Below, one piece after another: positions 1-9,781 of a stretch of DNA of 64,000 nt (positions are counted from its first letter, which is position 1; each line of letters opens with the position of its first letter). A program made the position numbers and the translations under genes. Location: the NCBI GenBank assembly GCA_965215605.1, contig OZ244070.1, positions 608,001-672,000 of the forward strand. The letters run 5' to 3'. The notes beneath the pieces are model-generated. The model worked only from the letters and a program-made list of their open reading frames with translations, had not been told where the DNA came from and ran no database searches. The DNA comes from an uncultured Candidatus Binatia bacterium (GTDB lineage Bacteria; Desulfobacterota; Binatia; UBA9968; JAJDTQ01).

Positions 1-242
1 TCACGGGGCGTCCCGCGAATGACCTCGGCGCCGAAGCGGGCCACGTCGAACTTGCTCGTGAGGCTCGTGGCCATCTCCACGAAACAGCAGGACAGTCCGA
101 AATGAAACGGCCACATGGAGTTCTTGCGCCCCCACCGGACCAGATCCTCCAACCGGGCCATGACCAGAAGCCGCCGTATGGCTTCGTCGAAACCGCCCTG
201 CTCGGACTCGGCCGGCTTGGGCTTGGACAACGACCATTGCAT
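1..242 (-). CDS. nuoB: NADH-quinone oxidoreductase subunit B, N-terminal part (runs off window)
   Basis: Own translation from ATG at 242: MQWSLSKPK...[38 protein letters not shown]. This is the NuoB signature, directly downstream of nuoA. Frame not listed in the ORF track. Confidence 0.95.
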   Translation of the reverse strand, partial: MQWSLSKPKPAESEQGGFDEAIRRLLVMARLEDLVRWGRKNSMWPFHFGLSCCFVEMATSLTSKFDVARFGAEVIRGTPR

Positions 243-253
243 GGGGGGTCCCT

Positions 254-655
254 CTATCCTTTCTCCCGAGCGGCCTTGGCCTGCCGGAGCCGCACCGGCT
301 CCCAGTCCAATGCGCCCATGCGGTACTCGTAGATGAGCGCCACCACCAGGATCGCGACGAACACCACCATGCCGGCGTAGCCGGGCCAGCCCACTTCCTC
401 GTAGGCCACGGCGTAGGCGAAGATGAACACCGCTTCGAGATCGAAGATCACGAACAGCATCGCGACGATGTAGAACTTGACGGATAAGCGCACCCGGGCC
501 GACCCGGTGGAGACGATGCCGGACTCGTAGGGCTGTCCGGTGGCACGATCCGAATGCCGCTCGCCGAGGACGAACGACAAGCCGATCATGCTCCCCGCCA
601 CCACGAGAGCAATCAAAAAGTACAGGCCCAGCGGCCAGAGTGTCTCGCTACCCAT
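254..655 (-). CDS. nuoA: NADH-quinone oxidoreductase subunit A
   Basis: 3 TM segments; PYESG and [17 protein letters not shown] motifs; C-terminal [10 protein letters not shown]. Confidence 0.97.
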   Translation of the reverse strand: MGSETLWPLGLYFLIALVVAGSMIGLSFVLGERHSDRATGQPYESGIVSTGSARVRLSVKFYIVAMLFVIFDLEAVFIFAYAVAYEEVGWPGYAGMVVFVAILVVALIYEYRMGALDWEPVRLRQAKAAREKG

Positions 656-709
656 GAAGCATCGCCGCGTACAATGTCGTCTGGAAAGTCATGCCGAGGC
701 TGGAATCGC

Positions 710-739
710 AGCCTAGTATACGGGTCAAGGGGATGTCAA
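710..739 (-). promoter_or_regulatory. Putative sigma70 promoter of the nuo operon
   Basis: Minus strand TTGACA (739-734), 18-bp spacer, TAGGCT (715-710), about 55 bp upstream of the nuoA ATG. Confidence 0.45.
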
Positions 740-761
740 CTAACCGCGCCCATCTCAGGTC

Positions 762-2591
762 TCAAACGGACATGTTGAAGAAGGCTGCATCCCGCGCCTG
801 GAGGGTCGGCACCACCAATGCCCGATCCAGGTACTCGTTGCGCATCTCGCAGGATGGCTCCGCGATGAGTGCGCAGCCGTGGCAGGCGGCACCGTGCAGC
901 CAACGTTCTTCCATGCTGTCGCCGGGTACGTGCTCGGCACAGACCGGGTCGTTGGAGCACAGCGCTCCGGCTTCCAGAGACTGGCGGAGATGCGCTTCGA
1001 CATCGCGTGCTTGCTGCACCAGACCGCCCAGGGTGCCTTCGGCGTCCGGCGTTGCAGTATAGAGAAGCAACGCATGCCTGGCGCCCGCGGCATCGACGAA
1101 GATGCGTTCACGAATGGAAGCGGCCGGGTAGCCGCACCGCAGGGACAGCGATTGAATCAGCAGATGCGCCAGCGTGTGCAGGAGCACGTACGGTCCGCTT
1201 GGAAACTGCGGCGGCTCAGAGCGCCTTCCGCTCCTCTTCTCCGCCCAGGCGTTGTGTCCGGCCATCAGGATATCGAGCCTTGTCTTGACCGCATCCCGTC
1301 CCACCCACTCCCGCACGTTTTCGGCGCGGAGTTGCACCACGATGCCCTCGCCGCGATTTTCCACCGCGGGAAACCACTGCGGCTCCCGCGCGATCTCCGC
1401 CCGCTCGACGGTGGCGTCGTACTCCCCGTCCACGTCGGGCATCACGGCTTCCAGTCGCGTGAACCCGGCCAGCGCCAGCACTTCCCGAAGCCGGTGGACC
1501 TGGATCACTGCTTCAACGGCATCGAACCGCCCCGAACGGCGCCAAGCCGAGTCCGGGAGACGGCGGGCATGGAAATCGGGATCCACCGGCTCGTCGTCGC
1601 CGTAACCTTCGGTCGCCGCGAGCAGTACGTCCATCTCGGCGCGTTTGATGGGCCGTGACCCGGCAGCCCCTCCGGCACGGCGGGCCGTAATGGCGTCCAG
1701 CACATCCTGGTCCGGGAACGGAGCCAGCCGCGTGGCCACCTCCGGGTATTTCTTGACGAAACCGAGACCGGCGGCATCGTCAACGATCTGCAGCCGGTCC
1801 CAGATTGCTTCGACCGCCTGTTCCACCTCACTGCCTCGGTCCGGCAACGACAGTACGCTCACGACCTGAGGGAACCAAGCATTCGACGCAGTGCGGATCA
1901 GCAGCCGGCTCGGCTCGTAGCATTCCTCCCTGGCGTGGCGGCCCAACCAGGGCCGCGCGCCACTGCAAACCCCCAAGGGGAACTCATCCGGCCGCGTGGC
2001 CTCGTACATGCGCCGCTGCTTGCCGCATTCGCAACGAACGACCTGTTCCGCCAGATCGCCGCTGGTGCCGCGTTCGTCCAGCCACAACTGTCGCCGGCAT
2101 GGGTCGTTGGCGCCGTGCACGAAGGCGTACCAGTCGATGTCGTCCACATGGCCTCGGGCGCAGGCGCGGACGAAGCGGGTGGCCACCACGTCGTTGCCAG
2201 TACGCCTGCCGTTCTCGTCGAGGATCTCGAATCGTCCCTTGGAATTCAGCGCCTTGCGGTGCACGAGACGCCGGGAGCGAGAGTTCCGGCCGTCCCAGTT
2301 GCCCTCCTGCACCACGAACCACTCCGGGAAGCGCCACGCGCCGATGTTCCGCTTCTTCTCCAACGGATTCTGTGATTCCGGCGGCGGAGCGAAGAGCCGG
2401 GGATGGGGAACTCCCGTCATCTGCATCAGCTTCGCCGTGAGCCGCGGTTCGGCGATTTCCTCCAGGTCCGGGCTCCAGGTCTCCAGTCCGCCGACGATGG
2501 CGGAGTGGCGCGGCAGGTCGATCAGCGCGCCCGGCCCGAACGTCGTGATGACCTGGCTGCGGCGTATCTGCCCGCGTTCGTTGCCGTTCAT
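762..2591 (-). CDS. drmB: DISARM DrmB (DUF1998 helicase-associated protein)
   Basis: N-terminal IRRSQVITTFGPGALIDLP; C-terminal LLHTLAHLLI...CGYPAASIRER...GTLGGL...CSNDPVC...ACHGC...SCE Cys cluster; ATGA overlap with upstream helicase stop. Confidence 0.93.
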   Translation of the reverse strand: MNGNERGQIRRSQVITTFGPGALIDLPRHSAIVGGLETWSPDLEEIAEPRLTAKLMQMTGVPHPRLFAPPPESQNPLEKKRNIGAWRFPEWFVVQEGNWDGRNSRSRRLVHRKALNSKGRFEILDENGRRTGNDVVATRFVRACARGHVDDIDWYAFVHGANDPCRRQLWLDERGTSGDLAEQVVRCECGKQRRMYEATRPDEFPLGVCSGARPWLGRHAREECYEPSRLLIRTASNAWFPQVVSVLSLPDRGSEVEQAVEAIWDRLQIVDDAAGLGFVKKYPEVATRLAPFPDQDVLDAITARRAGGAAGSRPIKRAEMDVLLAATEGYGDDEPVDPDFHARRLPDSAWRRSGRFDAVEAVIQVHRLREVLALAGFTRLEAVMPDVDGEYDATVERAEIAREPQWFPAVENRGEGIVVQLRAENVREWVGRDAVKTRLDILMAGHNAWAEKRSGRRSEPPQFPSGPYVLLHTLAHLLIQSLSLRCGYPAASIRERIFVDAAGARHALLLYTATPDAEGTLGGLVQQARDVEAHLRQSLEAGALCSNDPVCAEHVPGDSMEERWLHGAACHGCALIAEPSCEMRNEYLDRALVVPTLQARDAAFFNMSV

Positions 2592-5500
2592 CCACCGCCC
2601 CCATCCAGAGTGGCTGGAAGATCCTGCACGTAGAGGTCCACCGCGGGCTCGACGTCACGCAGAGACCGGCTTGTGCGAAACTTCCTGTGGTGCTCCGACT
2701 CGAACTCCGTATCCAGCATTTCCCTGAGCAGCGGTTTCCCCGCGCCGCCCCGTTCATAACGCTGGTACTGCATGGCCGCGCCGCTGGCATGGTAGTCCTG
2801 CCAAATGGCGGTCCAGGAATCGAGCAGGTCGCCGACGCGACGCCGAACGCTGCGCAGCCGCTCGTCGCGTTCCGCATCGTCCTGAACCGGCTGGCCTCGC
2901 ACTCGTTCCTCGAAAGCGTGAAGCAGCAGCGGCTCCAGCACCGCGCGCTCCGCTTCGATGTCCTGCGCGCCCGCCCACGGCGTCATCCGGGAACGGCCAT
3001 GCCGGGCCAGTCCGACCAGCGCGCCCGCGAAACCTCGGTCCAGCGCCCGCGCGGCGAAGGGGGTCACGCTGACGACCTCCACCGAACGGTAGAAGGTATT
3101 GTGGTAGTCCAGGAACTGCTCGTAGTGGGACCGGTCCCGTGGTTTGTGGACGTTGTACAGAGTGACTACTAGCCCCGGGCGGCTGTCGTCCCGCCCCACC
3201 CTGCTGGTGGCCTGAATGTACTCGGCGTGGGTCTTCGGTTGTCCGTTCACGACCATCAACCCCAGCCGCTGGATATCCAGTCCCACGGAAATCATGTTGG
3301 TGGCGATGGCGCAGTCCACCCTCTCGTCGTCCCTGTCGTCGAAAAAGGGGCGTTCCAGCCGCCGGCGCGCCACGGCCACCTGGTCGGCGCTGACCCGCGA
3401 CGTAAGCTCCACCACGTCCGAGAAACGGGTGCGATCACGGAACAGACTCGTCGCTTCATTGAGCCGCTTGCGGTTGCTGTAGCCCTTCAGCGTATTCTGC
3501 ACTTCCTCTTCCAGAATCCGGCGTGCCCCGCCGAGTTCCCGCAGGCTGTTGAAGTAGCCGAGAGCCGTCATGTACGGGTCGGCGGGATTGTACTTGTTGC
3601 GCGGGCCACCGGCGTCCCGCCAGATGCGCTCTGCCGCGGCCATCAGCGCGAGCAACACCCGGCGCATCACCACCTTGGGGTTGCGGCCCTGGGCCGCGAC
3701 GCCAACGTATTGACGAGCGTTCTTCTCAGCGACCGGAACAGTGTGGGCGAAAAACGAATCGCGACGGTCCGGCCCCGGCGGCGGAAACACTTGGGTGTCG
3801 GGCCGGGCGAAAAGCGCCTGGATGTGCTCGTGGGCCTGCCGCACGGTGGCGGTCGAGGCCACGATCTTCGGCCTCACGGTCCGGCCCTCCACCTCACGCA
3901 CACACAGCGTCTCGATGGCCGCCTCGTACAAGCCGGTCATGGTGCCGAGCGGCCCGGAGATGAGGTGCATCTCGTCCTGAATCACCAGATCGGGCGGCAA
4001 CAACGGCGTCGTGAGCGGATTCCCTGTTCGCGGGTCGGCGGCGCCATAGAACCCTTCGTCATCGAAGCGGTCCGCGCCGCCGAGCAGCGCCCCGGACTGT
4101 CCAACCCAAGGCAGAGACGCGAACTTGTCCACCGTGGCAATCAGAAAGGCCGGCAGACGCCGGTACAGGGGCTCGTCCACGGCAACGATAGGAAGCGGCG
4201 GGTCGCCGGAAAACTCGCATTCCCAGTTCGAGCAAGAAATGCGCAAATCCGTGGGCGCGTCGGCGTTGGGCAGCAGCGCAAAGGAATCGGGCGTGAACCT
4301 GTGGCCGCACCAGGGGCAGTTCTCCAGCGGGATGGGTATGGGCCGCGCCCGCGGGTTGTCCTTGTACCGGTTGACCTTGGCACGCGCGGAATCCGAATTG
4401 CCGTCGCCCTTCTTGCCGAGCCAGTTGGGAGTGCCCGCCTTGCCGACCCACAGGCCGATCTCGAACGGCCACACGCCGTAGCGTTCAACATCGCGTTGAC
4501 GTTCAAGTTCCATCGCACACACCAGCGCGGCGGCGCGACCGAGTTGGTCCAGTGTCAACAGGCGTAGCGTATACCGCATGACGACGCTGACGCCGGCGCC
4601 GGCGTGTCCGTTGTCCGCAGGGTTGCGCAGCCGCCGCAACGCCATGGTGAACGCCGCCAGACCGAGATACGCCTCGGTCTTGCCGCCGCCAGTGGGAAAA
4701 AACAGCAGGTCCACGATCTCGCGCTCTGGATCGGCGGGATCGGCGATTCCAGGAAGGTTCAGCAACACGAACGCAATCTGGAAGGCGCGCCATCGGGGAG
4801 GGTCCTGGATGCGCCGGGTCAACGCCCCGGCCACGGCCCGGTTGGCCATGCAGAAAGCGTCTCGCACGTCGGCGTCGGAAGCCAGCATTCCGATACCCTT
4901 TTCCATGCGGCTCACCGCCAAACGGGCGCGGCGCAGCAACTCCAGAGCAATTTCCTTCCGTTGCTCCGGGAGGTCGTCGAGTACATGCGCTTCGATCCAC
5001 TCCCGGTATCCCGATACCAGCGGCATAAGAGCCGTGCGCGCGGTTTCGCCGTCGGCGAGCCGGCCCAGCGCCGCCATGTTCAACTCGGTATGGGCAAGGT
5101 GGATGAGCGGTTCGGTATGCTCCACCTCGGCCACGGGCGTCCAGTCCGTTCGCAACATGCGGCAGACACCGCCCCGGACCTCCCAGGTCGCCGCCACGCC
5201 GTGGCCGGAGGCGTACTCGGGCACATCGGCATAGTGCAGGTCGGCCACCTGCTCATCCCAGTTGTCGCCGGACACTGGGCGGAGGTCGGGCCGCATGGCG
5301 AAGGGAACGTCGGACCGCAGTTCGATCTGAGCTTGAAACGCGAATGCCTCGTCCCGCCGGTCATCCTCGGCCGGCTCCCGGGCATTCACCAGGAATACGG
5401 ACACTGAGCGCGTGCCTTGGGCAATTTTCCCGGGGAATTGGCTGGCTTCCATGGTCCGGGCCACGACGTGGACTTCGAGGCCCCGTGAGTTAGGCACAGA

Positions 5501-6370
5501 CAGATGTGCCGGGGAATCGTCTTCCGGCAAAACAACGGAAAGGGTTGCCTCGCAAGGCGTGCGTTGCCACCGGTCCAGCGGTTCATCTCCTTCTTCGGCG
5601 GAAACCTTGCCCTCGACCTTCCGGTAGTCGCCCCAGCGCACGACCGTGGTGACACGGTCGGTCCCCGGAGCCGCAAGAAAACTCAAGCCCATGGACGACG
5701 GAAAGAACCCTGTCTTGGCCGCGCGCCGATCTTCGCTGGAGTCGTCGCCGGCGCCGATGTTCTCGCAGACCTCCGGCTCCATCTCGTCGTCCGAATCCGC
5801 GTCGGCGCGCTGCTCAAAGCCGGCGTGGCGCGGAACGAGGAAGCCGCTAAGGTACCAGTTGGACGGACGCACCCAGCCGGGGAGTTGCTCGTCGGCGAGA
5901 TAGCCGTCCGCGCCGGGGCCAACCAGATCCAGCCGCAGGGCGCGGGTGATCTCGGCGCGGGCTTCGGCGGAGTCGGCCGGCTTGGGTGGCCTCGTGGACA
6001 CCTCAACGGTCTCTTGCTTGCGCTCAACGGGCGAGTCCGATTCATGCAGCACAAAGCCGTCCGCGGGAAGAAATCCGCTTTCCTCCACCGGCGTTTGCTG
6101 GCGCTCAATCGTCAACGGTTGATCGGGATCCGCGGTCGTCGTCAGATACCAACCACCCTCAGCCGACTCGATCAACAGCGCCCTCAAGTCCAGCGCACCA
6201 TCGCGAAACTGCCGCAACCGATCAGCGGCAACTTCCACCGCCAGATAGCGGTCTTCCCCGTCACTCACCACCAACAACGCCAGATAATCACGGCCCTCAT
6301 CGTCGCGGGCTTCGATGATCTGCGGGCCATCGTAGTACAGCAGACTAGCGTTGTAACGGATCGTACTCAT
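2588..6370 (-). CDS. drmA: DISARM DrmA SF2 helicase with an extra N-terminal DUF6575-like domain
   Basis: FPTGGGKT Walker A, QDEMH, ASTAT, ATNMISVGLDIQRL, YIQATSRVGR. DrmA-type start (RALRLDLVGP) begins about 140 aa in. ATG at 6370 overlaps the upstream TGA (ATGA). Confidence 0.92.
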   Translation of the reverse strand: MSTIRYNASLLYYDGPQIIEARDDEGRDYLALLVVSDGEDRYLAVEVAADRLRQFRDGALDLRALLIESAEGGWYLTTTADPDQPLTIERQQTPVEESGFLPADGFVLHESDSPVERKQETVEVSTRPPKPADSAEARAEITRALRLDLVGPGADGYLADEQLPGWVRPSNWYLSGFLVPRHAGFEQRADADSDDEMEPEVCENIGAGDDSSEDRRAAKTGFFPSSMGLSFLAAPGTDRVTTVVRWGDYRKVEGKVSAEEGDEPLDRWQRTPCEATLSVVLPEDDSPAHLSVPNSRGLEVHVVARTMEASQFPGKIAQGTRSVSVFLVNAREPAEDDRRDEAFAFQAQIELRSDVPFAMRPDLRPVSGDNWDEQVADLHYADVPEYASGHGVAATWEVRGGVCRMLRTDWTPVAEVEHTEPLIHLAHTELNMAALGRLADGETARTALMPLVSGYREWIEAHVLDDLPEQRKEIALELLRRARLAVSRMEKGIGMLASDADVRDAFCMANRAVAGALTRRIQDPPRWRAFQIAFVLLNLPGIADPADPEREIVDLLFFPTGGGKTEAYLGLAAFTMALRRLRNPADNGHAGAGVSVVMRYTLRLLTLDQLGRAAALVCAMELERQRDVERYGVWPFEIGLWVGKAGTPNWLGKKGDGNSDSARAKVNRYKDNPRARPIPIPLENCPWCGHRFTPDSFALLPNADAPTDLRISCSNWECEFSGDPPLPIVAVDEPLYRRLPAFLIATVDKFASLPWVGQSGALLGGADRFDDEGFYGAADPRTGNPLTTPLLPPDLVIQDEMHLISGPLGTMTGLYEAAIETLCVREVEGRTVRPKIVASTATVRQAHEHIQALFARPDTQVFPPPGPDRRDSFFAHTVPVAEKNARQYVGVAAQGRNPKVVMRRVLLALMAAAERIWRDAGGPRNKYNPADPYMTALGYFNSLRELGGARRILEEEVQNTLKGYSNRKRLNEATSLFRDRTRFSDVVELTSRVSADQVAVARRRLERPFFDDRDDERVDCAIATNMISVGLDIQRLGLMVVNGQPKTHAEYIQATSRVGRDDSRPGLVVTLYNVHKPRDRSHYEQFLDYHNTFYRSVEVVSVTPFAARALDRGFAGALVGLARHGRSRMTPWAGAQDIEAERAVLEPLLLHAFEERVRGQPVQDDAERDERLRSVRRRVGDLLDSWTAIWQDYHASGAAMQYQRYERGGAGKPLLREMLDTEFESEHHRKFRTSRSLRDVEPAVDLYVQDLPATLDGGGG

Positions 6371-6747
6371 GCCGTTTCCACATGACACTGGCCGAGGATA
6401 TCGTAATCAGCCAGCGGCCACCACGTATGGTGCGAAGGTCTCCCCGTCTGTTGAATCCGGCCCGCGCCCGCTCTCAGCCGCAGGCGACAGATCCAACGCC
6501 CGCGAAACTTCGGGAGCTTCAGGATTCTCTCCAGGTCGTAGCGCTCTGCATAGACCGACAGTCCCCGAGCCTGGCACTCCGTCAACTCCTTCGGTAAACC
6601 GCGCTGCGGCTGCTCTGCACGCCACGATCTGAAGTCCTCTTCGACGGGTGGAAGGCTCCGCACCAGGCGGAACAGCTCACGTGGTTGCGCGATTTCTTCC
6701 GCTACGTCGGGCGGGCAGCCGACGGGCAATGGCTCGCCGTAAGTCAT
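6367..6747 (-). CDS. Small conserved hypothetical protein, possible ADP-ribosyltransferase-fold toxin
   Basis: 126 aa with LPxGCPP, LFRLV, DFRS, CQARGLSVY and TGRPSHHTWW; spaced R/S/H residues recall the ART fold; translationally coupled to the next gene. Confidence 0.6.
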   Translation of the reverse strand: MTYGEPLPVGCPPDVAEEIAQPRELFRLVRSLPPVEEDFRSWRAEQPQRGLPKELTECQARGLSVYAERYDLERILKLPKFRGRWICRLRLRAGAGRIQQTGRPSHHTWWPLADYDILGQCHVETA

Positions 6748-6846
6748 TGGATTGAGCGTAATGGATGATCGGCGGCAGCGCCAACGATGGCGGCCAGCGG
6801 TCCCCTAAGCGTTTCGGCGGAAGATGTCCAGGTGAACGTACGTCGC

Positions 6847-8019
6847 CTACGCCCGATCAGGAGTAAGCTGATTCATCCGAAGCATCTCCCCGGCCGTAAA
6901 CAGACCTTCCCGGAGCGCAATACGCGCGGCCGCATCGAGACGGGCAATCTTCGTCTGGCCGTCCTCAGAGACAACGGCCAGGATAGATTCCGATGGAATT
7001 GTCTCCCGATCCAACAAGTCTGCGCTGTGGCTGGTGACGACAACCTGCAAACGCTCGCTCGCCTCGTGCAGTACGTCGGCCAGCACTCCCGCCGCCGCAG
7101 GGTGAAGGGTGCCTTCCGGTTCTTCGATCCCGACCAGTCTCGCGTTCCCCGACTCCATGCCGATACCCTGATGGAGCGCCACGAGCACCCCGACCACCCG
7201 CAACGTCCCTTCCGAGGCGCTGTTGGCAAGGAACCGGCAAGGGTGCGGATCGCCACGCACCTGCTGACAAAACTCCAGGGTCAGCTTGAGTCCGACCGTC
7301 TTCGACGCCACGCCGACCGTTCCCGGAACGACCTTGGACAGGTATTGGTCGACCCGTGTTGCAGCCTCTGGGGAACGTGACTCAAGGTTGGCGAGAACGC
7401 TGGCGATGTTGCTTCCATCGCGTTTGAGGAGATCACCGTGGTCCGGCGACTGGAGGTCTCGAATCCGGTCCGGCTTGAGGTTGTAGAACCCCATTCCCGC
7501 CAACATATCGTAAATCGGCCGGAACGCTCGAAATCCGGAGACCAACAGCAGATAAAGTCGATCACCTTCTCCGGGCGGCGGTGGGTGCGGGATTGAAGTA
7601 GACAAGAGATGTCCGTCACCTATTCGGAAAAACTCCCTCTCCCCGGGACCGGCGTATTGGACAACACATTCCTCACGGCGTACGACACAGCCGCCCCTCA
7701 GCCGCCTTCCGATCTTGAACGCGTACCAACCTGTTACGTCGGGTAACCGGAAGTCCAAACGGATGCCAAAGTCGTTGGGACGGCCGCGGGACCGCCGACT
7801 TACCTCGTCGACCCCTCCCCGCTCGTGCAGCGCGTGGCCCGGTGAAAAACGCAATGCCTGCGCCACAAAGCATAGGGCATCAAGAAAATTGCTCTTGCCG
7901 GAACCGTTGGGACCCACAATGACAGTGAGCGGGGTCAACTCGACATCGCAGACCGCAATGCTCCTGTAGTTGCGCAGGGCTACACGCGTGATCGTCCTGG
8001 GATCGGCCTCAATCGTCAT
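6847..8019 (-). CDS. ABC-type (AAA_21/AAA_15-like) ATPase
   Basis: LRNYRSI, VGPNGSGKSN Walker A, SEGTLR signature, IEEPEGTLHP Walker B/D-loop, VTSHS H-loop; ATG at 8019 preferred. Confidence 0.88.
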   Translation of the reverse strand: MTIEADPRTITRVALRNYRSIAVCDVELTPLTVIVGPNGSGKSNFLDALCFVAQALRFSPGHALHERGGVDEVSRRSRGRPNDFGIRLDFRLPDVTGWYAFKIGRRLRGGCVVRREECVVQYAGPGEREFFRIGDGHLLSTSIPHPPPPGEGDRLYLLLVSGFRAFRPIYDMLAGMGFYNLKPDRIRDLQSPDHGDLLKRDGSNIASVLANLESRSPEAATRVDQYLSKVVPGTVGVASKTVGLKLTLEFCQQVRGDPHPCRFLANSASEGTLRVVGVLVALHQGIGMESGNARLVGIEEPEGTLHPAAAGVLADVLHEASERLQVVVTSHSADLLDRETIPSESILAVVSEDGQTKIARLDAAARIALREGLFTAGEMLRMNQLTPDRA

Positions 8020-8149
8020 GAGTAGCCTCAGTTCTGCCAGTCCCCAGCTTCTCAAACTCGACGCACCGGCAAATAGTGTGTCGCAATCGAGTTGGCCGGT
8101 TTGTTAGAGGCGGAAATAACGGACTGGAGCGGCAATGTCCTGACCGAGG

Positions 8150-8440
8150 CTATAGATGCCGCGCTACATCCATGCTCTGGTGCAGAATTCGGATGATCTC
8201 CACAACGCCCGATTGTAGGCGAAAGAACATCACATGTGATCCGACCGCCACCTTGCGGTAACCCTGACGAATGTCTTCGGCCGATCGACTCACCATCTTG
8301 CCCGTGCTTAACGCCTCGCACGCCTCCCGGATATTCCGCGTGTAGTCCTCGGCTTGCGTCTCGCCCCAACGCGTGACGGTATAGTCCCAAATACTTTCGA
8401 GATCAGCCTGCGCCGCTGGGGAGAGAATATATCGCGCCAT
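8150..8440 (-). CDS. parE: ParE/RelE family toxin
   Basis: MARYILSPAAQADLESIWDYT...WGETQAEDY...IIRILHQSMD; ATG at 8440. Confidence 0.93.
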   Translation of the reverse strand: MARYILSPAAQADLESIWDYTVTRWGETQAEDYTRNIREACEALSTGKMVSRSAEDIRQGYRKVAVGSHVMFFRLQSGVVEIIRILHQSMDVARHL

Positions 8441-8447
8441 GCCGCCT

Positions 8448-8684
8448 CTAAGTGGATTTCTTGCGGGCGATAAACGCATCGAAGTCAAACGGTGTCGCCG
8501 GGCCGGATTGCTCACCTTCGATGAGGGCCTCCCTCAGAGCTTCGACCTTGGCTTCGTGCTCTTCCAACAGCCGCAGCCCAGCGCGCACGACATCACTGGC
8601 GGAATTGTACCGGCCGGACTCAACACGGTCGTTGATGAAGCCCATGAAATGGTCTCCTAGGGAAACCGATGTGTTGCGTGGCAT
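8448..8684 (-). CDS. parD: ParD (CC2985-type RHH) antitoxin
   Basis: [10 protein letters not shown]...[21 protein letters not shown]...[12 protein letters not shown]; GGAGG RBS. Confidence 0.93.
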   Translation of the reverse strand: MPRNTSVSLGDHFMGFINDRVESGRYNSASDVVRAGLRLLEEHEAKVEALREALIEGEQSGPATPFDFDAFIARKKST

Positions 8685-8706
8685 GAGCACACCTCCCTCA
8701 CACCCG

Positions 8707-8725
8707 AGTATACCAAAACTTGGTA
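8707..8725 (-). promoter_or_regulatory. parDE promoter/operator
   Basis: Perfect inverted repeat TACCAA-aac-TTGGTA (8711-8725) overlapping an extended -10 TGgTATACT on the minus strand. Confidence 0.65.
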
Positions 8726-9321
8726 GTATCGGAAGGCCTTCGATTGTTCCAATAAATCTGACCGATTTGCACTGGGTTGCATAGAGTGGCTAATGTGAAC
8801 GGTTCACCGATCGAGCACCCGCTCGGCATCGACTTCGACCCCGCCCACCCCAGAAGATAATTCCGCTAAATGTCGCTACCTCCCGCGCGCGACCGCACGC
8901 GTGCGAGGAGGGCCTCTGTACCATGCAATTCGCCGGATCAAGAAACTTGTCTTCAACGAGAATTCTCGTTTGCTTCGACGCGTCCTGCGCCCCAAGCGAA
9001 TAGCAGGTAAACTTCACAGCTCGCGGCTTTAATTTCTCGGTCACCGTCAACGTCGCACCGGGAGATAGTCTGGTCCATCGACGCACCAGAAGTTGAGCAG
9101 GCGAAACCCAGACCGACACCGATGCCTGAGAAAGCACAATCGAGGGGCTTCCGTGGTATACTGAAGGTTGAACTGATCAAACCGGCAGCGTTGCCTCTCG
9201 GTACGTCTCTACCGACTGCGGCATTTTTCCGCCAACGGCCTCATCAGCGCCTGGGGATCCAGACCACATGGGAGCGTTGTCGCTATTCTACACGTACCGG
9301 CTGGGTCAGGCGAGAACTCCG

Positions 9322-9780
9322 ATGACTGCCGACGATAGAGATGACATAGGACTGTTGTTCGAGACCTATAAACTCCACGCCGAACTCACGGAGCGTGTAG
9401 CTGGTCTCCGCGAAGGGTTGAACAAGCTTTATTCCAGTATGGTGGCAGGTATCGTTGCAGCGTCCGTCCTACTACATCGTCTCGCCCCAAACGCTGAGAC
9501 GACCTGGGTGTTGCCAGTTCTGGGTGTTATTGTATCCCTGTCGTGGATGTTCGCGCTACATTCAGTCACAGGGCGATTGGCTGCTAAGCACAATGTTCTG
9601 GTATCCTTGGAGAAGAACTTACCTTTCAACTTTCTCGAACGCGAAAACAAGGAGTTCGACGAGCGCAACTTTGTAAGGCGCAGGTACTCCGAATTGTTGA
9701 TGCCTGGGGCCTTTCTCGTCCTTTGTATTGCGTGGCTTGTTTTCCTCTCAACTACATGCCCCTATCAACCAGGAGTTTAG
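9322..9780 (+). CDS. Small 3-TM membrane protein, RipA/8xMP-like candidate pore effector
   Basis: FETYKLHAE...ER...R...N, two hydrophobic helices ending in W, then AAKHNVLVSLEKNLP and a C-terminal TM; first gene of a 4-gene operon. Confidence 0.6.
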   Translation: MTADDRDDIGLLFETYKLHAELTERVAGLREGLNKLYSSMVAGIVAASVLLHRLAPNAETTWVLPVLGVIVSLSWMFALHSVTGRLAAKHNVLVSLEKNLPFNFLERENKEFDERNFVRRRYSELLMPGAFLVLCIAWLVFLSTTCPYQPGV

Positions 9781-9781
9781 A

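Noticed and set aside
8790-9325. Short ORFs 8790-9137, 8953-9180 and 9122-9325
   Set aside because: No RBS or motif support, and they overlap each other; not called as genes.
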